DNA of 34,579 nucleotides from an uncultured Muribaculaceae bacterium (lineage in GTDB: Bacteria > Bacteroidota > Bacteroidia > Bacteroidales > Muribaculaceae). Below are positions 10,280-17,015 of this stretch, in pieces (the stretch's first letter is position 1; every line of letters begins with the position of its first letter). The position numbers and the translations under genes are program-made. The notes below the pieces were generated by a model. It ran no database searches and was not told the origin of the DNA. It was given only the letters and a program-made list of their open reading frames with translations. Location: assembly GCA_964431465.1 (NCBI GenBank), contig CAYSKE010000001.1, positions 1 through 34,579 on the forward strand, in the 5' to 3' direction.

Positions 10280-11758
10280 TTATTTCAGAACCACAAGTTT
10301 ATATCGGGGAACAAGGATCTTCATGATGATCCAACTCAGGAGGTAGGCAAATCCGGCGATGAAGAAGACGATCATGTAGCCGGCGTTCTTGCCCTCAAAG
10401 CCAAGAAAATGCAGACCGACACGCTCAGCATAGACAAATAGCTGTCCGGCTCCGTAATTACTTGAGAAACTGCCGAGTCCGCTTGCAAGTCCGGCCGCTC
10501 CGGTCACGCTTGCAATAACGTGCTTCGGGAACATGTCGCTGATGACAGTGAAGACGTTGGCGCTCCAGCTCTGATGTGCGGCTGCCATAATGCCGATTAT
10601 CACTACCGGGAACCAAAGTGAGATCTCACCCAAAGGCATCACGCCGATGCCGAGAATGGGGAAGATCGCATAGATGAGGAGTGCCTTCATGCGTCCGGCA
10701 TAGGGATTTAGCTTGTTTTTCTCAATGAAGTAGGTGGGGAGATAGCTTGCCCAAAGCGATAGCATGGAAATGAGGTAGATGGTAAAGACTGCCATCATCC
10801 CGGTAAAGGATGCCGAGGAGTAGCCGTATATGTCGTTGATGAACGCAGGAGCCCAGAAAAGGAGGAACCACCACACTGAATCGGGGAGGAAACGACCGAA
10901 GATGACAGCCCATGTCTGACGATAGGTGAAGGGGAGGAAAAATGAGATTTTCTTTGCCTTGACCTCGCCGGCTGACACTTCTTTTTTCTCGATGGATGCG
11001 TCGATGCGGGCATCCTGCTCGATATATTCAAGCTCAGCTGCATTGACACGTGGATTTTCATCGGGCTTCTTGTAGGTGAATACCCATGCTCCCATCCAGA
11101 TGAAGCCGAGGGCACCGATGAGGATAAAAGCGGCTTCCCAACCGTAGCGGTCGGCGAGAGTGGGGATAAGGAACGGAGCAACCAGCGGGCCGATCTGCGC
11201 GCCGGAGTTGAAAATGCCGGTTGCAAATCCACGGTCTTTCTTGGGGAAGTACTCGGCAGTGGCTTTAATCGAGCAGGGGAAATTGCCTCCCTCGCCTAAC
11301 GAGAGGATGCAACGGGCAGCGACAAAGAGCCACACGCTGACCGAGGTTATGGCGACTGCCATACCTGAAATATCGCTAACCGCTTGCAGGTGCTCGCGTG
11401 CCACGGTGAACGAAAGAGTCCATTGTCCGGTCACGATGCCGTCGGTAAGTATGCCGCAGAGTCCATGCAGACAAGCACCCGCAGACCAGACTCCGACAGC
11501 CCAGAGGTAACCGCGCTTTGTGCCTACTTTGTCGACAAAACGACCAGTGAGCAGCATCGCGATCGCGTAGACGATAGAGAACACGCCGGTAATCAGGCCA
11601 TAATCGGCGTCGGTCCAATTAAACTCGGGGGCAATAAAGTTTTTCCAAGTGAGGGATAACACTTGACGGTCGAGATAGTTGACTACAAGTGCGAGCCAAA
11701 GCATGGAGCAGATAACCCAACGGTAGTTGGTCATTCTCTGTGTTGCAGTGCTGTTCAT
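10280..11758 (-). CDS. MFS transporter, probable hexuronate transporter (ExuT-like)
   Basis: 492 aa and multi-TM. The YRWVICSMLWLALVVNYLDRQVLSL N-terminus is typical of the ACS/ExuT-type MFS family. The gene is embedded in the hexuronate operon, 2 nt from uxaC. Confidence 0.85.
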   Translation of the reverse strand: MNSTATQRMTNYRWVICSMLWLALVVNYLDRQVLSLTWKNFIAPEFNWTDADYGLITGVFSIVYAIAMLLTGRFVDKVGTKRGYLWAVGVWSAGACLHGLCGILTDGIVTGQWTLSFTVAREHLQAVSDISGMAVAITSVSVWLFVAARCILSLGEGGNFPCSIKATAEYFPKKDRGFATGIFNSGAQIGPLVAPFLIPTLADRYGWEAAFILIGALGFIWMGAWVFTYKKPDENPRVNAAELEYIEQDARIDASIEKKEVSAGEVKAKKISFFLPFTYRQTWAVIFGRFLPDSVWWFLLFWAPAFINDIYGYSSASFTGMMAVFTIYLISMLSLWASYLPTYFIEKNKLNPYAGRMKALLIYAIFPILGIGVMPLGEISLWFPVVIIGIMAAAHQSWSANVFTVISDMFPKHVIASVTGAAGLASGLGSFSSNYGAGQLFVYAERVGLHFLGFEGKNAGYMIVFFIAGFAYLLSWIIMKILVPRYKLVVLK

Positions 11759-11778
11759 GGTGCAGGATGATAATGATT

Positions 11779-12450
11779 TCAGTTTTTGATATATTTCGAA
11801 ATTATGCCGAGGGCTTCACGGCACTTGTGAGTGATATAGGGCCAATCCTGTGCCGCAATGCGATCTTTGGGGAAGAGCTTGGATCCCATGCCCACGCAGT
11901 AAGTCCCGGCTTTGAACCATTCCGAGAGATTTTCTTCGGTCGGTTCAACTCCGCCTGTGACCATGATTCTGCTCCATGGCATAGGAGCCATGATGTCGCG
12001 GACAAAGCGCGCACCCAGCACATCGCCGGGGAAAACCTTGCACAAAAGGCATCCGGCTTCCTGTGCGCTGCCTATCTCGGTGACAGTGGCGCAGCCGGGG
12101 GAGTAGGGGATGCTGTGGCGGTTGCAGATGCGTGCCACCTCGGGGTTGAAAAGAGGGCCGACGATGAAATCGGCACCGTGCTGAATGTAGGCGGCTGCAA
12201 CCGGCGCGTCGACGACCGAACCGACGCCAAGGGCGAGGCCGGGACAATGCCTGGCTGTGAACCGACGCAGAGTGTCGAAGACTTCATCGGCGAAATCTCC
12301 GCGATTTGTGAACTCAAACACGCGCACTCCACCATCGTAGCACGCTTTCACGACCTGCATCGTAACTTCTGCATCGGGATGATAAAACACCGGAATCATG
12401 CGGGTTGCAGAAATATTGCCGTAGACGGCGAAAGAATCAAGAAAAGCCAT
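11779..12450 (-). CDS. eda: 2-dehydro-3-deoxyphosphogluconate / 4-hydroxy-2-oxoglutarate aldolase
   Basis: MAFLDSFAVYGNISATRMIPVFYH...GVRVFEFTNRG...LGVGSV...CKVFPG...VTGGV matches the Eda/KDPG aldolase fold at about 223 aa. Start is at ATG 12450. The track start at 12534 would overlap kdgK. Confidence 0.9.
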   Translation of the reverse strand: MAFLDSFAVYGNISATRMIPVFYHPDAEVTMQVVKACYDGGVRVFEFTNRGDFADEVFDTLRRFTARHCPGLALGVGSVVDAPVAAAYIQHGADFIVGPLFNPEVARICNRHSIPYSPGCATVTEIGSAQEAGCLLCKVFPGDVLGARFVRDIMAPMPWSRIMVTGGVEPTEENLSEWFKAGTYCVGMGSKLFPKDRIAAQDWPYITHKCREALGIISKYIKN

Positions 12451-12478
12451 AATGTGATTTGTGATAATGAAGTGATGT

Positions 12479-13501
12479 CTATCGGCTGACACGCCCGCTG
12501 GCATCGCCTGCGGCAAGCCGCTCGACTTCGGCAACCGACACGAGGTTGAAATCGCCGGGGATGGTCTGCTTCAGGGCAGATGCCGCAACAGCAAACTCAA
12601 GAGCCTGCCCGACAGGCATACCGCTAACAAGGCCGTGGATCAGTCCACCGGAGAAAGCATCGCCTCCACCGACACGGTCGATTATCGGATTTATGTCGTA
12701 GCGGCGTGATTCATAGAACGTAGATCCATCGTAGAGGAGCGCTTTCCAGCCATTGTGGGACGCAGAGAATGACTCGCGCAGTGTAGAAGCGACGTAGCGG
12801 AAACCATACTCATGCATCATAGCCCGGAAAATCTCTTTGTATCCCTCGGCATGAGTGGCACCGGCGAGAATGTCGGCGTCGGGACGGAAACCGAGGCAGA
12901 GTTCTGCATCTTCCTCATTGCCGATGCACACGTCGACATACTTCATGAGCGGACGCATGACGGATTGTGCTTTAGCGGGTGTCCATAACTTCTTGCGGAA
13001 ATTGAGGTCGACCGAGACCGTCACTCCATGACGCCGGGCAGCCTCGCAGGCGCGCCGGGTAAGCTCAGCGGCAGTGTCGGAAAGCGCGGGGGTGATACCG
13101 CTCCAGTGAAACCAGTCGGCTCCCTCCATGATGGCATCAAAATCAAACTCGTCGGGAGAGGCCTCGGCGATCGCAGAGCCGGCGCGGTCGTAGATGACAT
13201 TTGAGGGGCGCATGGAAGCACCAGTCTCGCAATAGTATATGCCTACACGCTTGCCGCCGCGGATGATGGATGATGTGTCGACTCCACGGGTGCGGAGGCT
13301 GTCGACAGCAGCCTGCCCAATTTCATGTGATGGCAATTTGGACACAAAAACGGCGTGATGCCCGTAGTTGGCGCAACTTACGGCCACATTAGCCTCGCCT
13401 CCGCCAAAGATCACTCTGAAAGAATCGGCTTGAGAGAACCGCAGGAATCCGTCGGGCGACAGCCTCAGCATGATCTCGCCAAGAGTAATAATTTTTCCCA
13501 T
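12479..13501 (-). CDS. kdgK: 2-dehydro-3-deoxygluconokinase (PfkB family)
   Basis: 340 aa. MGKIITLGEIMLRLSP...GGGEANVAVSCANYG...DRVGGGDAFSGGLIHG are PfkB/KdgK motifs. It is the first gene of the minus-strand hexuronate operon. Confidence 0.9.
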   Translation of the reverse strand: MGKIITLGEIMLRLSPDGFLRFSQADSFRVIFGGGEANVAVSCANYGHHAVFVSKLPSHEIGQAAVDSLRTRGVDTSSIIRGGKRVGIYYCETGASMRPSNVIYDRAGSAIAEASPDEFDFDAIMEGADWFHWSGITPALSDTAAELTRRACEAARRHGVTVSVDLNFRKKLWTPAKAQSVMRPLMKYVDVCIGNEEDAELCLGFRPDADILAGATHAEGYKEIFRAMMHEYGFRYVASTLRESFSASHNGWKALLYDGSTFYESRRYDINPIIDRVGGGDAFSGGLIHGLVSGMPVGQALEFAVAASALKQTIPGDFNLVSVAEVERLAAGDASGRVSR

Positions 13502-13525
13502 TGCTAACAGGATTAAACAGTTTTC

Positions 13526-13533
13526 ACAAATTT
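13526..13533 (-). promoter_or_regulatory. -7 box (TAAATTTG) for the kdgK-led hexuronate operon
   Basis: The minus strand reads TAAATTTG (plus-strand caaattta at 13526..13533), about 25 nt upstream of the kdgK ATG (13501). It matches TAnnTTTG. No clean -33 TTTG is present. Confidence 0.4.
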
Positions 13534-13603
13534 AATGAAATAAGGGAAAAATAAGTGGAATGAAGTGATAGAAAAAGTTGATAAAAAATATTTTGCAAAT
13601 GAT

Positions 13604-13634
13604 TTTGCAATTACGGGATAAAGAAGTAATTTTG
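13604..13634 (+). promoter_or_regulatory. Bacteroidota-type primary-sigma promoter for rpsP (-33 TTTG / -7 TAATTTTG)
   Basis: TTTG at 13604..13607 is followed by exactly 19 nt and then TAATTTTG at 13627..13634, matching the Bacteroides consensus TTTG-N19-21-TAnnTTTG. It lies about 50 nt upstream of the rpsP ATG. Confidence 0.55.
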
Positions 13635-13683
13635 CGCCCGGTAAAAACCATATACAAAACCATCAAAATTATAATCAGACACA

Positions 13684-14223
13684 ATGGCAACAAAAATCAG
13701 ATTGCAGCGTCATGGTCGTAAGAACTATGCGTTCTATCCCATTGTTATCGCCGACAGCAGAGCGCCACGAGATGGCAGATTTATCGAGCGAATTGGCAGT
13801 TACAATCCTAACACCAACCCCGCTACGGTAACGCTGAACTTCGAGAGGGCTTTGTATTGGGTAAATGTAGGCGCACAGCCCACCGACACCGTTCGCCGCA
13901 TCCTGTCGCAGGAGGGCGTGATGCTGATGAAGCACCTTCAGGGCGGTGTGAAGAAAGGCTCGTTTGACGAGGCTGAGGCTCAGAAGCGTTTTGACGCATG
14001 GAAGGCATCGAAGCAGGCTCGTATCGACGCACAGAAGTCGTCGATGGCCAACAAGGCAGAGGAGGCCGCCAAGGAGCGCTTTGAGAACGAGGTAGCCAAG
14101 AACAAGGCAAAGGCTGAAGAGGTAGCCAAGAAGAAAGCAGAGCTCGCCGCTGCCAAAGCAGAGGCTGAAGCTGCTGCAAACGCTGAGGCTGCTGAGTCGA
14201 CAGAAGAGGCACCTGCCGAATAA
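13684..14223 (+). CDS. rpsP: 30S ribosomal protein S16 with a long K/A/E-rich C-terminal extension
   Basis: [70 protein letters not shown] is the canonical S16 sequence. A lysine/alanine/glutamate-rich tail of about 95 residues follows. Confidence 0.95.
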   Translation: MATKIRLQRHGRKNYAFYPIVIADSRAPRDGRFIERIGSYNPNTNPATVTLNFERALYWVNVGAQPTDTVRRILSQEGVMLMKHLQGGVKKGSFDEAEAQKRFDAWKASKQARIDAQKSSMANKAEEAAKERFENEVAKNKAKAEEVAKKKAELAAAKAEAEAAANAEAAESTEEAPAE

Positions 14224-14293
14224 AAAAAACGGTTTTCGTTGCGGCATAGGGCTCTGATGAACTCTTTGCCAAAGAAAAACCATTGTAGAAAAT

Positions 14294-14362
14294 AAACGGT
14301 CGGGTGATTGCTTCTGTGCGCTTATGAGTGTTGCAGAGTGAGCATTGCCCGACTGTTTTTTT
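14294..14362 (+). terminator. Long-stem intrinsic terminator about 70 nt downstream of rpsP
   Basis: aaacggtcgggtgattgc (14294..14311) pairs with gcattgcccgactgttt (14342..14358) over about 14 bp including G.U pairs. The interior of about 30 nt can extend the stem. The stem runs into a T7 tract (14356..14362), and an A-rich tract precedes it. Confidence 0.6.
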
Positions 14363-14616
14363 GCTACAGCCGACACTGAATGACTGATCGACCGGATGAT
14401 GCCGCGGCTTTAACGTGTCGCGACAAGACAAATCCGGAATGCCGAATCTCTCCCGCACATGCCACTTTTCACGTGGTCAATTAAAACGCGAGAAATCAAC
14501 TGTTTTACTTGACCGAAACGCGAACAAGGGTGAAATCAGCCACACAGGACTTAAAGGTATAATACACATATAAATCGTTTTCAATTATTGTTTTACCTGT
14601 TCACTGTTATAATAAA

Positions 14617-15495
14617 ATGAACGAAGATCTACAGGAACTTATAGCAAAATTGGTCTATAAAACAACTGATGAGACCGGATGGGCTCCTCAGAACAAACTC
14701 GGACAGCATCTTGCACGTATCGGCCGCTCGGTAAAAGAGCTTGGCTATGAGAAGATGAGCGGATTTTTTCAGGATCATACCGACCGTTTTCAGGTCGAGA
14801 AGGATGAGCACGGGCTGCCTATCGTGAAACTCATAGGCGAGGCACCCGCAATGGGAAGTCTGGAAGAGGAAGAAATCATGCGCCCTCAGGGATATTTCCG
14901 TGGTGTGCGCCAGTCGTCGATGCAGCCCCGCGCGCCGCGTTATCAGCAGGGTGGTTACGCGAAACCGTCGTATGGTATGGGTCAGGGCTATGGCTCTTAT
15001 GGCATGAACAACCGTCGCGGCATGTACAACGACCAGCGTCACGACATGTATAACAGGCGTCGTCCCGAGCAGCTTTCGCTCTTCCGCTGGGCTTTTTTCC
15101 CTGATCGCGAAGAGTGGCTTCAGATGCTTGCCGATCTCGCTATGCCTCAGGTGTGGCAGTATGAGGTTGCCGATGAGCAGCACCCCAATCCTGCACTGTT
15201 TGACTATCTGAGAGATGTGTTCCGTCGCCTTCAGCTTGAGGGTAAGGTGCTCGAGAGCCACGCCGAGGGGCTTGCGCTTTTCAACACCGGTCTTGTCGAC
15301 CGCGAGGAGCAGCGTCCGATCTACGCAGTGTTCGGCCGCAATCCTAACCGTAACCGTCAGCCGTGGTTGTTCCAAGAGTTCTTCCTGTCGAGCGCTCCGC
15401 TTCTCGCGCAGGCTTCACAGCAGCAGATGATCGAGGAGGACACCGTTGACGATGCTGATGATTCCGACGAAATTGAAATGACCGAGGAGGCATAA
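14617..15495 (+). CDS. Uncharacterised protein: OST-HTH/LOTUS-like N-terminal domain, low-complexity G/Y/M/N/R/Q linker, DUF3825-like C-terminal domain, acidic tail
   Basis: 292 aa. The N-terminus (TDETGWAPQNKLGQHLARIGRSVKELGYEKMSGFFQDHTDRFQVEKDEHGLPIVKL) resembles OST-HTH. The linker reads QGGYAKPSYGMGQGYGSYGMNNRRGMYNDQRHDMYNRRR. LFRWAFFPDREEWLQMLADLAMPQVWQY...ALFNTGLVDREEQRPIYAVFGRNPNRNRQPWLFQEFF matches my memory of the DUF3825 core. I am confident it is a real CDS; the domain calls are unverified. Confidence 0.7.
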   Translation: MNEDLQELIAKLVYKTTDETGWAPQNKLGQHLARIGRSVKELGYEKMSGFFQDHTDRFQVEKDEHGLPIVKLIGEAPAMGSLEEEEIMRPQGYFRGVRQSSMQPRAPRYQQGGYAKPSYGMGQGYGSYGMNNRRGMYNDQRHDMYNRRRPEQLSLFRWAFFPDREEWLQMLADLAMPQVWQYEVADEQHPNPALFDYLRDVFRRLQLEGKVLESHAEGLALFNTGLVDREEQRPIYAVFGRNPNRNRQPWLFQEFFLSSAPLLAQASQQQMIEEDTVDDADDSDEIEMTEEA

Positions 15496-15524
15496 AAGAC
15501 TCCGGAAGGACACAGTGAATGCAT

Positions 15525-15569
15525 AAGGGGGTTGACAAGCAGCCATAAGGATGTTTTGTCATCCCCCTT
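15525..15569 (+). terminator. Strong hairpin after the OST-HTH/DUF3825-like gene (possible terminator lacking a U-tract)
   Basis: AAGGGGGTTGACAA (15525..15538) pairs with TTGTCATCCCCCTT (15556..15569) in a 14-bp stem with one T.T mismatch and a 17-nt loop. No T-run follows on either strand, so its terminator function is uncertain. Confidence 0.4.
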
Positions 15570-15664
15570 CAACTTGAAACGGGAGCGGGGAGAATGGATG
15601 CCGGTGTGGCGAGAATGACAGGTGCAAAAGAAGACGCAGACTGGCGGCATTGGTCATTTAACAC

Positions 15665-15695
15665 ATTGCGGGCAGTGTAAATTTTACTAATTTTG
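15665..15695 (+). promoter_or_regulatory. Bacteroidota-type promoter for panC (ATTG-N19-TAATTTTG)
   Basis: TAATTTTG at 15688..15695 has a partial -33 (aTTG, 15665..15668) 19 nt upstream. It lies about 47 nt upstream of the panC ATG at 15742. Confidence 0.5.
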
Positions 15696-15741
15696 TGAAT
15701 CGATAGGGGTGGCCACTGTCGGGCATCCCGATGAAAGAACA

Positions 15742-16599
15742 ATGGAAATAATCAGAACCGTAGGTGATTTGCGCAAGTTTGTCGGTGAGGCTCGTGCCGC
15801 AGGAAAGAGCGTCGGGCTCGTGCCGACTATGGGTGCGCTTCACGCCGGCCACATGTCGCTGATGCATCGTGCACGCAAGGAGAATGATGTGGTCGTTGCA
15901 AGTGTGTTTGTGAATCCTACACAATTCAACAATGCGCAGGATCTGAAAACTTATCCCCGCACCGAGGAAGCCGATGTGGCGAAACTCGAAAGCGCGGGAG
16001 TGGACGCGGCTTTTATCCCGAGTGTGGATGAGGTTTATCCTGAACCGGATACACGGGTGTTTGATCTTGGTGGCGTAGCCGAGGTGATGGAGGGAAAGAT
16101 GCGTCCGGGGCATTTCAACGGTGTGGCTCAGATCGTGAGCAAGCTGTTTGGCTGGGTAATGCCTGACCGTGCCTATTTCGGTGAGAAGGATTTTCAGCAG
16201 ATCGCCGTCATCAGAAAGATGGCAAAACTTGAGGGTTTTGACATAGATATTGTTGACTGCCCTATATGCCGTCATGACGACGGGTTGGCAATGAGCAGCC
16301 GAAACGTGAGGCTCAGCGCAGAACAGCGTGCTGTGGCTCCGAAAATCCATGAGGTGCTCGTGGAAAGTCTCGGATGGGCTGACCAGTGCACTCCCGCAGA
16401 GGTGAAAAAGAAAGTCACTGAAGCTATAAACGGCAATGAGTGGCTTGATACAGAGTATTATGAAATTGTCGACTCACTGACAATGCAGCCCATCGACAAC
16501 TGGAATGACGTGGGCGAAGGTGCTGTGGCGGTGGGATGCGTCACGGTGTACTGCGGCGATGTGAGGCTGATCGACAACATAAAGTATATCAAAGGATAA
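15742..16599 (+). CDS. panC: Pantoate--beta-alanine ligase (pantothenate synthetase)
   Basis: MEIIRTVGDLRKFVGEARAAGKSVGLVPTMGALHAGHMSLM...VASVFVNPTQF...YFGEKDFQQ are PanC signatures. Start is at ATG 15742; the track start at 15709 is a GTG extension. Confidence 0.95.
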   Translation: MEIIRTVGDLRKFVGEARAAGKSVGLVPTMGALHAGHMSLMHRARKENDVVVASVFVNPTQFNNAQDLKTYPRTEEADVAKLESAGVDAAFIPSVDEVYPEPDTRVFDLGGVAEVMEGKMRPGHFNGVAQIVSKLFGWVMPDRAYFGEKDFQQIAVIRKMAKLEGFDIDIVDCPICRHDDGLAMSSRNVRLSAEQRAVAPKIHEVLVESLGWADQCTPAEVKKKVTEAINGNEWLDTEYYEIVDSLTMQPIDNWNDVGEGAVAVGCVTVYCGDVRLIDNIKYIKG

Positions 16600-16659
16600 A
16601 GAGTGGATTTCCGGCTGACACCGTGTCATGCCGGACTTCATCATCATAAAGCAGCAATC

Positions 16660-17010
16660 ATGCAGATTCAGTTGCTCAAATCAAAAATTCACCGCGTGAC
16701 GGTGACAGACGCATGTCTGGATTACATCGGCAGCATCACTATCGATGCCGATCTGATGGACGCGGCAGGTATTCTGCCGGGGGAGCGCGTCTACATTGTG
16801 AACAATAACAATGGCGAGCGCTTCGATACATATACAATCGCGGGTGAACGCGGAAGCGGAACCATCTGCCTGAACGGTGCGGCTGCGCGCAAGGTGCAGC
16901 GAGGCGATATAGTGATCATACTGAGCTATGTTTTCCTGACACCGGATGAGGCAAAGACATGGGAACCGAAGGTGATTTTCCCCGACACAGCAACAAACCG
17001 TCTTAAATAA
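16660..17010 (+). CDS. panD: Aspartate 1-decarboxylase (pyruvoyl-dependent)
   Basis: [60 protein letters not shown] contains the G-S self-processing site, giving about 116 aa. Start is at ATG 16660; the track start at 16603 is a GTG extension. Confidence 0.93.
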   Translation: MQIQLLKSKIHRVTVTDACLDYIGSITIDADLMDAAGILPGERVYIVNNNNGERFDTYTIAGERGSGTICLNGAAARKVQRGDIVIILSYVFLTPDEAKTWEPKVIFPDTATNRLK

Positions 17011-17015
17011 CAGCG

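Noticed and set aside
14380-14484. A 34-codon ORF (MTDRPDDAAALTCRDKTNPECRISPAHATFHVVN) inside the long rpsP-downstream gap.
   Set aside because: It has no recognisable motif, no promoter box and no hydrophobic or charged pattern typical of small proteins, and it spans a predicted hairpin. It cannot be supported from sequence alone. Ribo-seq would be needed.
14558-14613. Two perfect E. coli-type TATAAT hexamers (14558..14563 and 14608..14613) upstream of the OST-HTH/DUF3825-like gene.
   Set aside because: The primary sigma factor of Bacteroidota recognises TAnnTTTG / TTTG rather than TATAAT / TTGACA. The second hexamer is only 3 nt from the ATG. These are likely just AT-rich sequence.
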